Part shown: positions 1-8,016 of the stretch, one piece after another
Numbering within the stretch: position 1 is the stretch's first letter
How the letters are laid out: every line of letters starts with the position of its first letter
From: an uncultured virus (IMG/VR IMGVR_UViG_3300025706_000025)
Lineage: Duplodnaviria; Heunggongvirae; Uroviricota; Caudoviricetes
Virus record (IMG/VR): IMGVR_UViG_3300025706_000025
DNA length: 64,000 nt
Direction: 5' to 3' (one strand)
Program-made: the position numbers and the translations under genes
Notes under the pieces: model-generated
What the model was told of the DNA's origin: nothing
What the model saw: only the letters and a program-made list of their open reading frames with translations
Database searches by the model: none

Positions 1-56
1 TGGAAATTGCGCTACGCATTAAAACAGAAGAGCACAAATGCTGTTCTGAGGATTTA

Positions 57-248
57 ATGAAGTTGCGTGAGAGCGAGCAATCTGGGTGGAAAGAGGCAGC
101 GATTGCGTGGGAGGTGTGTGGTTCGATCCACGAGGCATTTGCAAAAAAGAAAGACGCCCTGTACTCGACACGACATTCGGATTTTGAGCGACATGCGGAG
201 GACGCACGGAGGATGTTATCTACAGAGTCAAAGGAGAAAGTAGAATGA
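57..248 (+). CDS. hypothetical phage protein
   Basis: 63-aa ORF, GAGGA upstream, stop overlaps next start. Confidence 0.6.
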   Translation: MKLRESEQSGWKEAAIAWEVCGSIHEAFAKKKDALYSTRHSDFERHAEDARRMLSTESKEKVE

Positions 249-658
249 GCCGCGATCATAGCCAGAACCACTACGGACCAAATGCTTCGTTTGATGGATA
301 TGATTCAGACCTTGCCTCTGCCGGGATACTAATCGACTCTCTACAACAGCAACTCGCCGCAGCACTGGCCGCGATCAAGGTGAAGGACGGGGCACTTCAG
401 TCCGCAATATCCGCCCATGGGTATGAGTCCGGGGACTTGCATGAAGCACTCGCCATCCATCCTGACGATTCCGCACTCAAAACGTGGCTAGGGGAGCCTG
501 TTGCGTGGAAGCATGATGATCCCAAGAGACACGATGCAATAACCGATAGCGTCAAGGAACTGCTACAACGCGCTAATTCAGAGTACATGCACAGGCCCAT
601 AGACAAGACCGAGCATTACACGATTCCACTCTATGCACCGAAAGGAATGACGAAATGA
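245..658 (+). CDS. hypothetical phage protein (PVAW...IPLY motif)
   Basis: AAGGAG RBS, ATGA coupling. Confidence 0.65.
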   Translation: MSRDHSQNHYGPNASFDGYDSDLASAGILIDSLQQQLAAALAAIKVKDGALQSAISAHGYESGDLHEALAIHPDDSALKTWLGEPVAWKHDDPKRHDAITDSVKELLQRANSEYMHRPIDKTEHYTIPLYAPKGMTK

Positions 659-873
659 GCAAAGGTCTTATAGAACGACTGCTTGACAATCGTGTTACTG
701 GTTTCAATCTAACTGTTGCAGCCGTCGAAGCCGCTGATCTGATCGAAGCCCAAGCAGCGCAGATCAAGTTGCTACGGGATGCGCTTGAATCTATGTCTGC
801 ACTTGGGGGTAATGGCTGTGTACAACGGCTCACCACATTGGATTTTTCCGATAAAGGTTATGCACCGTTCTAA
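655..873 (+). CDS. hypothetical protein
   Basis: ATGA-coupled ORF with AAGGA RBS. Confidence 0.55.
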   Translation: MSKGLIERLLDNRVTGFNLTVAAVEAADLIEAQAAQIKLLRDALESMSALGGNGCVQRLTTLDFSDKGYAPF

Positions 874-1042
874 TGAAGCGCTCGCCGCCACGGAACCGAA
901 ATGAGCACACAAGATAAGTTGTACCCGTGGCGTATCGCGTTGGTACGCCATGCAATTGTTGGGTGGATCACTCTACCTTTCATAATTTCCGAAGCATTTT
1001 GGACCGCATGGTCCGCCGTCACATTTCCTGAAAGAAAGAAAA

Positions 1043-1321
1043 ATGAGTCGTCTCTCTGATTCCCGCAATCCTCCCGGCCTTAAGTGCCCGTCACGTATGC
1101 GCCGCGTAATCTTTCGCGAGAAGCAACCCAGCTATAACGCTCCGATTGCGCTACATGGCGTATGCCGTAGCGCTCTGAACGAGGCGATCCGGGGCAAGGA
1201 TATTGCTGCCGCTGATCATATCGCGAAAAAGCAGCACCGTCGCATTTATGCCCGTATGCCCAAAATGGAATTGCTCAATTTGTTGGCCGGTATTTTGCAT
1301 GGCCATCGTATTGTGCGGTAA
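1043..1321 (+). CDS. hypothetical basic protein
   Basis: 92-aa ORF on coding strand. Confidence 0.5.
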   Translation: MSRLSDSRNPPGLKCPSRMRRVIFREKQPSYNAPIALHGVCRSALNEAIRGKDIAAADHIAKKQHRRIYARMPKMELLNLLAGILHGHRIVR

Positions 1322-1348
1322 GCTTGTATTTTTTCAAGGACTCTAACG

Positions 1349-2077
1349 ATGGCCAAAACCCCTGCCGTTCCGGCGCCGAAGCGAATCAAGAGCTGGTCTT
1401 ATAGCCGGCTGGTTGATTTCGAATCTTGTGCCTTGAAGGCGAAACTCAAGCTGATCGACAAGATTCCTGAACCTGAACGCCCACTTCCCGCAGGGAAAAC
1501 CGAGCACGCGAACGATCGCGGCACGCGAGTGCATAACGAGATCGAGGCGTATGTCCGCGGTACCGGCGAGTTTCCACAAGAAGCCCGCCATTTCGTCGAC
1601 GAGATTGAATCGCTCAAGAAGCATTTCAAGGAAGGACGAGTTAGCCTTGAGGGTGAGTGGGCCTTCGACAAGGAATGGAAAGAAACCGAGTGGCTGTGGG
1701 GCTGGCTTCGTTTGAAGCTCGATGCAAATGTGCATCTCGGCAAGTCGCACGCAGTCATCGTGGATTACAAGACCGGCCGCAAGTTCGGTAACGAAATCAA
1801 GCACGGCGAGCAGTTGCAGCTTTATGCACTGGCCGTATTGCTCAAGTTCCCACACATCGAGCATGTGACTTGCGAGCTGTGGTATCTCGACGTGAATGAC
1901 CTCACGTCACTCACTGTCGTTCGCCCGATCGGTATGCGCTTCTTCAAGCCATTCGACCGGCGCGGCCGGAAGATGACCGAGACGGTCGATTTCCCGCCGA
2001 ACCCGAACACATACTCGTGCCAGTATTGCCCGTATCACCCTGTGAAGGGTTCCGGGGATTGCCCGCACGGGGTTTGA
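1349..2077 (+). CDS. PD-(D/E)XK exonuclease (RecB/Cas4-like)
   Basis: WSYS N-terminus, RGTRVH, KLD...VDYKTG, QLQLYA, C-terminal CxxC...C cluster. Confidence 0.85.
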   Translation: MAKTPAVPAPKRIKSWSYSRLVDFESCALKAKLKLIDKIPEPERPLPAGKTEHANDRGTRVHNEIEAYVRGTGEFPQEARHFVDEIESLKKHFKEGRVSLEGEWAFDKEWKETEWLWGWLRLKLDANVHLGKSHAVIVDYKTGRKFGNEIKHGEQLQLYALAVLLKFPHIEHVTCELWYLDVNDLTSLTVVRPIGMRFFKPFDRRGRKMTETVDFPPNPNTYSCQYCPYHPVKGSGDCPHGV

Positions 2078-2082
2078 TCAAC

Positions 2083-2146
2083 GACAGAGCTTGGTGCACA
2101 ATACGCGTTGACGTGCACCTGTAGCTGGTGAAAACCAGCCTCTGTC
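2083..2146 (+). ncRNA. tRNA-like structured RNA lacking a D arm
   Basis: GACAGAG/CTCTGTC closing stem, GGTGCAC/GTGCACC hairpin, GCTGG-TGAAAA-CCAGC T-arm-like hairpin. Confidence 0.5.
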
Positions 2147-2170
2147 TTCTTAAATAGCGGCTTCTCTGGC

Positions 2171-2247
2171 GTGGCGGTAGCTCAATTGGTTAGAGCCGCA
2201 GGTTGTGGTCCTGCTGGTTGTGGATTCGAATTCCACCCGTCACCCCA
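2171..2247 (+). tRNA. tRNA-His(GTG)
   Basis: full cloverleaf, GCAGG-TT-GTG-GT-CCTGC, C73, encoded CCA. Confidence 0.92.
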
Positions 2248-2266
2248 GAGAAGCTGCCCAATCAAT

Positions 2267-2354
2267 GGGGCGTTGGGGGAATTGGTTAACCCACGGGACT
2301 GTAAATCCCGAGTCGTGGCTGCACGTGGTGGTTCGAATCCACTGCGCCCCACCA
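2267..2354 (+). tRNA. tRNA-Tyr(GTA)
   Basis: CGGGA-CT-GTA-AA-TCCCG, long variable arm, TTCGAAT, encoded CCA. Confidence 0.92.
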
Positions 2355-2358
2355 GTTT

Positions 2359-2431
2359 GACTTGCCAGTGTCAGTCGCTTGTTGGTGCTTTCCCTAGTGA
2401 TGTCAGTCGCTTTATGGCGCTCTGGCAAGTC
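2359..2431 (+). ncRNA. candidate structured small RNA within tRNA cluster
   Basis: 10-bp stem GACTTGCCAG/CTGGCAAGTC enclosing two copies of TGTCAGTCGCTT. Confidence 0.4.
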
Positions 2432-2439
2432 TTCAGAAT

Positions 2440-2519
2440 TTCAAGGTAGCTCAGAGAAAGAGCGCGCTCACCAGCCAACCAGAGCGAGGTCGAAGGTTTA
2501 ATTCCTTCCCTTGAAACCA
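2440..2519 (+). tRNA. tRNA-like RNA, undetermined (12-nt anticodon loop ACCAGCCAACCA)
   Basis: perfect acceptor TTCAAGG/CCTTGAA, D stem GCTC/GAGC, anticodon stem CGCTC/GAGCG, T stem GAAGG/CCTTC, ACCA end. Confidence 0.75.
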
Positions 2520-2524
2520 GTAAC

Positions 2525-2599
2525 GCCTTGTTAGCTCAGTGGTAGAGCGCCTGCCTTGTAAGCAGGATGTCGTGGGTTCGATTCCTACACTCGGCACCA
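2525..2599 (+). tRNA. tRNA-Thr(TGT)
   Basis: CCTGC-CT-TGT-AA-GCAGG, encoded CCA; two mismatches in acceptor stem. Confidence 0.88.
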
Positions 2600-2603
2600 A
2601 TTT

Positions 2604-2676
2604 AGTCCTGTAGCTCAGTGGTAGAGCAGAGTCCCTTATAAGGCTTTGGTCGTTGGTTCAAGTCCAACTGGGACTA
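2604..2676 (+). tRNA. tRNA-Ile(TAT)-like with one extra nucleotide in the anticodon arm
   Basis: cloverleaf; GAGTC/GGCTT stem closes 8-nt loop CCTTATAA; followed by CCG, not CCA. Confidence 0.75.
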
Positions 2677-2695
2677 CCGAATTAAGGAGAAGATC

Positions 2696-2938
2696 GTGCA
2701 GCGCGGCCCTTCAAAGAAAATAAGGATGACGCTCGGAACGATCGTCGACGCTGCGCATGACCATCGTCTTTGCGTAGCGATTTGCGAAGATCGCAAGACC
2801 GGCAAGAAAGTGCAAGTGCTGTGCGAGTCGTACGTTGAAAACGGCAGCGTGCAGTACAACCCAGTCGCTCGTTTATTCAGCGGCAACCCACACAACGAAA
2901 TTACACCTCCGGGCCTCGCTGCGAGCAAACAAATATGA
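2696..2938 (+). CDS. hypothetical protein
   Basis: TAAGGAGA RBS; stop coupled to next gene. Confidence 0.6.
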   Translation: MQRGPSKKIRMTLGTIVDAAHDHRLCVAICEDRKTGKKVQVLCESYVENGSVQYNPVARLFSGNPHNEITPPGLAASKQI

Positions 2939-3192
2939 GCGATGACGCCGAGATGTGGAAGGAGTGGAAAAAGATGAAACAAGACGCCGCTACTCAACGC
3001 CGAGGCGACGCCCCTTATTTTCTTCGTGCAGCCGGTATTCCATTTACTGAGCACAACAAGGGCGCCCACTTAATTCTCGACACAAAAATTGGTTTTATTG
3101 ATTTTTGGCCGGGGACAAGCAAATGGAAAACGCGTGCATATCCTCCACAAGGCGGATATGGAATATCAAATCTATTCGAGTTTCTTAAATGA
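2935..3192 (+). CDS. hypothetical phage protein
   Basis: N.GAHLI...IDFWPGT.KW motif typical of small phage proteins. Confidence 0.65.
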   Translation: MSDDAEMWKEWKKMKQDAATQRRGDAPYFLRAAGIPFTEHNKGAHLILDTKIGFIDFWPGTSKWKTRAYPPQGGYGISNLFEFLK

Positions 3193-3240
3193 TCGCCCGT
3201 TGTTTTTCACTCACACGCAGCAAGAAGCGTTGTCAAAAGG

Positions 3241-4635
3241 ATGCAACCCATGAGTTCCAAGGCTGCCCTGTCTGCCAAGTCCACGCAAACGCCACCGCCT
3301 TTGTTCGAGCACCAGAAACAAACTCGAAGCGCGCTCAAAAAGAGCGAGATAGTCTTCGATACGTCCGATCCGGGGACTGGCAAAACAAGACCTGAAGTCG
3401 AAGATTTCGCTGAGCGTCGGCGAAAGAATGGCAAGTGTATGTTGGTGCTGGCTACCAAGTCGCTACTTGATGCAGCGTGGTACCAAGACTTTCGCAAGTT
3501 TGCTCCGGACATGAAGATCAGCCTCGCTTTCGCTACTAACCGTGAAGCCGCGTTCGCAGCAGCGGCCGACGTTTATGTAACGAATCACGATGCCGCAAAA
3601 TGGCTGGCTGCAAAGCCCAAGTCATTCTTTGCCAAGTTCGATACAATCGTCATCGACGAGTCAGTAGCGTTTAAGCATCATACGTCACAGCGATCAAACG
3701 CCGTGGCTAAGATCATGCAATATTTCAAGTACCGTCGGTTGCTGACTGGTACGCCAAACAGCAATGGCATCTGTGACATTTGGCACCAAGTATATTTGCT
3801 GGATAACGGTAAGCGACTTGGTAGCTCGTTTTTCAAATTCCGCTCGGCTGCATGTGTCCCGAAGCAAGTCGGCCGCGATGCCAGAATGATCCAATGGGTG
3901 GATCGTCCGGGTATCGAAAATACGGTCGCTACTTTGATTCGAGATATCACGGTACGGCACAAGTTCGAAGACTGCGTGGACATCCCAGATAATCACAAGT
4001 TTGCCGTGCCTTTCAAGCTCGGCAAGAAGCACATGGCTGCCTACGAGGATATGACTGATTTTCAAATCGTGCAGCTCAAGAAGACATCGATCACGGCAGT
4101 CAACGGCGCAGTTGTCGCTGGCAAGCTGTTGCAGATTGCTTCCGGCGCCGTGTACAACGACGACGGCGAGTATTCCTTGCTGGCGTCTGAACGGTACGAG
4201 CTGGTGCTCGATCTTGTCGAGGAACGGGCGCATTCGATTGTCTTTTTCCAATGGAAACATCAACGTGAAGAACTCATCAAGGAAGCAACTAAACGCCGTG
4301 TTCGCTTCGCTGTATTCGATGGCGCTACCAGCGATACGGATCGTGCCCGAATCGTTAAGGATTACCAAGCGGGGGAATATCAAGTTCTTTTTGCGCATCC
4401 CCAATCCGCAGGACACGGACTTACTCTCACAAAGGGTACGGCGACAATTTGGGCAAGCCCTACCTACAACTTGGAGCATTTCCTGCAGGGTCTTAAGCGC
4501 ATCCACCGTATTGGTCAAACTGAAAAGACCCAGACCATTGTTGTCATTGCCGAAGGAACGATTGACGAAGTAGTCTGGGATTCGTTGAAGAACAAGAGCG
4601 TCAAGATGGTTGAACTTTTGGAGGGATTGATGTGA
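3241..4635 (+). CDS. SNF2-family (SF2) DNA helicase
   Basis: PGTGKT, VIDES, LTGTP, SAGHGLTL, RIHRIGQ motifs. Confidence 0.92.
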   Translation: MQPMSSKAALSAKSTQTPPPLFEHQKQTRSALKKSEIVFDTSDPGTGKTRPEVEDFAERRRKNGKCMLVLATKSLLDAAWYQDFRKFAPDMKISLAFATNREAAFAAAADVYVTNHDAAKWLAAKPKSFFAKFDTIVIDESVAFKHHTSQRSNAVAKIMQYFKYRRLLTGTPNSNGICDIWHQVYLLDNGKRLGSSFFKFRSAACVPKQVGRDARMIQWVDRPGIENTVATLIRDITVRHKFEDCVDIPDNHKFAVPFKLGKKHMAAYEDMTDFQIVQLKKTSITAVNGAVVAGKLLQIASGAVYNDDGEYSLLASERYELVLDLVEERAHSIVFFQWKHQREELIKEATKRRVRFAVFDGATSDTDRARIVKDYQAGEYQVLFAHPQSAGHGLTLTKGTATIWASPTYNLEHFLQGLKRIHRIGQTEKTQTIVVIAEGTIDEVVWDSLKNKSVKMVELLEGLM

Positions 4636-4892
4636 ACTTGAAACAACTTAAAGAGGAATGTCTGAAGCACGTCGTATGCCCTATGACCTTCCGTGAGATC
4701 GAACAAAAGGTAGGTAAGCAACCGACTTTTGCACTTGGTATAGCGATTCATCAATTGGTATTGGCTGGCAAGTTGTATTCTGCCACGCCGCCTAAATACA
4801 CGAGTGAATGGCCGGTGTATTCGAACCAACCCATACCGAAGAAATTCACTTTCCCCAAACGAGATGTATCGGCTTTTTCGTTGGTGAATTAG
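4632..4892 (+). CDS. hypothetical protein
   Basis: GTGA coupling, GGAGG RBS. Confidence 0.6.
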   Translation: MNLKQLKEECLKHVVCPMTFREIEQKVGKQPTFALGIAIHQLVLAGKLYSATPPKYTSEWPVYSNQPIPKKFTFPKRDVSAFSLVN

Positions 4893-4979
4893 TTTTCGCC
4901 ACCCACAGTCTGATAACTTTCGGAGTGTGCTGCGGGAAACAGCGCAAGTGGGTGGCACCCTACAATCAAGGAGCAAAAC

Positions 4980-5300
4980 ATGAAAAGTTTTACCGAAGCT
5001 GACGGCATGGTTACATACCGGGCCGTTGTTTTCCCGCTGCCAATGTTTGTGCAGCAACAACTGAAAGAATCGGCCGAGCGATTGAAAGACCTTCGTACTG
5101 CCATGGAACTGGCCGATAGCGCCTATGCCCGTCGCCGTGCCGCTGACAAATATGCGGCTGCGCAGCTTGACCTTGATCAACAAGAAGAACTCATTCGGGC
5201 CTTCGCCGGCGTTTTAGTTACGCGACCGGAATTTGTTTCGATCGCTCCGGAAGTCAACCGTGGCCCGGCGCCAAAGAAAAAGGAGATCGTGACGCAATGA
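4980..5300 (+). CDS. hypothetical protein
   Basis: AAGGAG RBS, ATGA coupling to pol. Confidence 0.65.
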   Translation: MKSFTEADGMVTYRAVVFPLPMFVQQQLKESAERLKDLRTAMELADSAYARRRAADKYAAAQLDLDQQEELIRAFAGVLVTRPEFVSIAPEVNRGPAPKKKEIVTQ

Positions 5301-6589
5301 AATTCAATCTTGATGAACTCGTCACAATCGATTACGAGACCTTCTACAGCAGTACGTACAGCCTGCGTGCCAAAGTGTACAACACCTCTTCCTATATCAC
5401 TGATCCGCAGTTTCAGATTCATTGCTGCTCGATCAAGATGGGCAAGAACAAGTCTAAATGCTATTGGGGGCAAGACGCAGTAAAAGCAGCGCTCCAAGCC
5501 ATCGACTGGACAAAGCACGATCTACTCGCCCACAACAATTTTTTCGACGGGTTCATCTCGTCGCACCATCTTGGTATCCGTCCGCGTCGCCGGTTCTGCA
5601 CCGTGCAGATGACGCGCGGTCTGCATTCGGACATGTCCAAGGCCAGTCTGCAAGCCATCTGCGAGTTTTACGGTATCCCCGGCAAGACCGAGGGTTTGAA
5701 TGACGTGAAGGGCTTGCGTACCGACGAGATTACCGGTGAGAAAAAGAAGAACCTCATGTCGTATTGCAACAACGACAACGAGAAGTGCTTCGAGGTATTC
5801 AAGAAACAGATCGAGGTATTCCCGGAACGCGAGATCAAGTTGATTGACATCACGTTGTCCATGTTCTGTGATCCAGTGCTTCAGCTCGATACTGCACGTG
5901 CCGAAACCTCGCTCAATTACGAGATGAATGAGCGACTGAAGTTCATCGCCCTTTCTGGTCATGACGACAAGACGCTCACATCGACGCCGAAGTTCGTGGC
6001 GGCGTTGGAAGCCCTTGGCGTCGCTGCCCCGAAGAAGGTCAGCAAGTACAATGGCGAAATATCATACGCCTTGGCCGAGACCGACGCTGAGTTCGTCATG
6101 CTTCAAGAACACGACGATATGCGGGTAGTTCGCCTTGTGCAAGGCCGGCTTGCCGCCAAATCAACCATGATGGAGACGCGCGCGTGGCGACTGATCCAGA
6201 TGCAAGAGACCTGTGGTTCATTGCCAGTTTTGCTGAACTACTACGGCGCGAAGACGGGCCGGTGGAGCGGTGGGAACAAATGCCTAGCAGGGGAGACGAC
6301 GATCGTTGTGAGCCGCAACGGGAAGGTTCTGTATATTCCGTTGTCTACTCTGATGGACTCTGATAGAGTGTGGGACGGAGAGGAGTTTGTCTCTCATTCC
6401 GGCCTTCTCTATCATGGCGAAAAAGGAGTTATGACCTATGACGAAATTACAGGCACACCCGACCACGAAGTTAGTACCGCCTTCGGGCAGACCCGGTTGG
6501 ACGCTGCCGAGGACACCGGGGTCGCACTTACGGTTGGGAATCTCCCTCAAGGACTGGGTGCACCTTCGCAAGATTTGCCAAGTCGCTAA
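5297..6589 (+). CDS. family A DNA polymerase N-terminal half (3'-5' exonuclease, thumb) fused to split-intein N fragment
   Basis: DYET ExoI, AHNNFFD ExoII, YCNND ExoIII, YYGAKTGRWSGGNK then intein CLAGET. Confidence 0.92.
   Translation: MKFNLDELVTIDYETFYSSTYSLRAKVYNTSSYITDPQFQIHCCSIKMGKNKSKCYWGQDAVKAALQAIDWTKHDLLAHNNFFDGFISSHHLGIRPRRRFCTVQMTRGLHSDMSKASLQAICEFYGIPGKTEGLNDVKGLRTDEITGEKKKNLMSYCNNDNEKCFEVFKKQIEVFPEREIKLIDITLSMFCDPVLQLDTARAETSLNYEMNERLKFIALSGHDDKTLTSTPKFVAALEALGVAAPKKVSKYNGEISYALAETDAEFVMLQEHDDMRVVRLVQGRLAAKSTMMETRAWRLIQMQETCGSLPVLLNYYGAKTGRWSGGNKCLAGETTIVVSRNGKVLYIPLSTLMDSDRVWDGEEFVSHSGLLYHGEKGVMTYDEITGTPDHEVSTAFGQTRLDAAEDTGVALTVGNLPQGLGAPSQDLPSR
6281..6586 (+). mobile_element. 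split intein N fragment (IntN, 102 aa)
   Basis: block A CLAGETTIVV, D.VWDG, block B TPDH; ends at stop 6587-6589. Confidence 0.88.
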
Positions 6590-6995
6590 AGATCGGTGCG
6601 TTAATCCGAAGAACGTAATGTTCCCACGTTATGGCGGGCGCGGTATCACTTTCGGGTTTTCTACCGGGAGTGATATGGCGGAGTGGGTCATTACGAACCT
6701 CGGTCTTCGCCCGACTCCAGAACATACCCTCGATAGACGGGATAACGACGAGGGATACATAGCAGGAAACCTCCGATGGGCTACTCGTGACGAACAGGCG
6801 CAGAACAAAGGCCGCTATGTTGCGTGGCGGTACGGAGAGCGGCTTCGTGAACTATGTCGCTTACGGCCTGACTTAAGCTACGAAACGATCCGTACATGGA
6901 TCAATCAAGGAATGAACAATGTTGAAATTCTCACCCGAACTAAAACCACCAGCGGTCGCCCGCGTGTACGACATTCTGGAGTGCGGGCCACGTAA
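6438..6995 (+). CDS. HNH homing endonuclease overlapping both intein halves in a different frame
   Basis: RC...YGGRGI...LDRRDNDEGY..GNLRWAT..EQAQN; AAGGAG 9 nt upstream of ATG. Confidence 0.88.
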   Translation: MTKLQAHPTTKLVPPSGRPGWTLPRTPGSHLRLGISLKDWVHLRKICQVAKDRCVNPKNVMFPRYGGRGITFGFSTGSDMAEWVITNLGLRPTPEHTLDRRDNDEGYIAGNLRWATRDEQAQNKGRYVAWRYGERLRELCRLRPDLSYETIRTWINQGMNNVEILTRTKTTSGRPRVRHSGVRAT

Positions 6996-7029
6996 CCAGT
7001 TCTGGGCAAACGGTAAAATCGTCTCGAAT
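6919..7029 (+). mobile_element. split intein C fragment (IntC, 37 aa)
   Basis: block F VYDIL...QFWANG, block G IVSN followed by Cys+1. Confidence 0.88.
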
Positions 7030-7950
7030 TGCAATTTCCAGAACATGCCGACGGCCACGAAGGATTATCCGATGGCCGGCGAGTTGCGCAAAGCGATTCT
7101 GGCACCTAAAGGCCACATGATCATCGCCCCAGACTCGGCGCAGATTGAGGCACGGGTACTGGCGTGGATCGCTGGCCATGACGAATTACTAGATCGCTTC
7201 CGTAACAAGGAGGACGTCTACAAGTTCATGGCTTCATTGATTTACAACGTGCCGGCTGAAGAGATTGATGCGGAACAGCGCTTCATCGGCAAGATCGCCG
7301 TGCTGGGCCTTGGCTACAGTATGGGTGCCAAACGCTTCCAGACTACCCTCGCCCTCGGCGTCATGGGGCCACCGATGGTCCTGTCGATGCTCGAATGCAC
7401 GAAGATCGTCAAGATGTACCGCAAGATCAACAAGGTCATCGTCGACTTCTGGGGTGAATGCGAAGACGTTCTTGAAGCGATGTGCCAAGGCAAGTCCGGT
7501 ACGTTCGGCAACAACGGGCTGCTCGAATATGACGGTACCGACATCTGGTTACCCAATGGCATGGGACTACATTACCCCGGCCTGAAGATGACGTGGGACA
7601 CCGAGCGCAATCGTCGCTCTGGTTTCTCCTACATGTCGGCCGGCATCAAGAAGCACATCTACGGCGGGCTGCTCGCGGAGAATATCGTGCAGGCTTTGGC
7701 CGGCGTGGTGATTCGCGAGGAGATGACCGAGGTCGATGATTATTACGCGACACTCAAGCTCCGCAAGGGCGAGATCGCTAAGATCGTCACCATGACGCAT
7801 GATGAGATCGTCAGCGTCGTACCGGAGCGCATCGTCAAGAAGGCGCTGGAAGTTAATCTCAAGATCATGCGGACCCCGCCAACATGGGCACCCGACATGC
7901 CTATTTGGGCAGCGGCCGAAGCTGGCTGGGCACCGAATTATTCCGTGTAG
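6919..7950 (+). CDS. IntC fused to family A DNA polymerase C-terminal half
   Basis: NFQNMP, motif A DSAQIEAR, motif B RFIGKIAVLGLGY, motif C HDE; AAGGA 7 nt upstream of ATG. Confidence 0.92.
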   Translation: MLKFSPELKPPAVARVYDILECGPRNQFWANGKIVSNCNFQNMPTATKDYPMAGELRKAILAPKGHMIIAPDSAQIEARVLAWIAGHDELLDRFRNKEDVYKFMASLIYNVPAEEIDAEQRFIGKIAVLGLGYSMGAKRFQTTLALGVMGPPMVLSMLECTKIVKMYRKINKVIVDFWGECEDVLEAMCQGKSGTFGNNGLLEYDGTDIWLPNGMGLHYPGLKMTWDTERNRRSGFSYMSAGIKKHIYGGLLAENIVQALAGVVIREEMTEVDDYYATLKLRKGEIAKIVTMTHDEIVSVVPERIVKKALEVNLKIMRTPPTWAPDMPIWAAAEAGWAPNYSV

Positions 7951-7956
7951 AAAACT

Positions 7957-7986
7957 TTGTTGTTATCTGGTATCATCTGATATACT
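7957..7986 (+). promoter_or_regulatory. putative sigma70 extended -10 promoter
   Basis: TTGTTG-N18-TATACT with TGn (TCTGATATACT), intergenic. Confidence 0.45.
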
Positions 7987-8016
7987 CTGGCAGAGTGTTC
8001 TAAAGGATAAACAAAC

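Noticed and set aside
1349..2077. CRISPR-associated Cas4
   Set aside because: No cas genes or array; this is a common stand-alone phage exonuclease
2604..6995. The 8-nt-loop tRNA-Ile drives +1 frameshifts that join the pol N-half, HNH and C-half into one protein
   Set aside because: There is no in-frame ATA codon in the IntN/HNH overlap (6438-6589), and both downstream ORFs have their own Shine-Dalgarno and ATG
6281..7029. Group I intron in the DNA polymerase
   Set aside because: The boundaries are protein intein motifs (CLAGET, TPDH, VSN/C), the insert is entirely coding, and I saw no intron core
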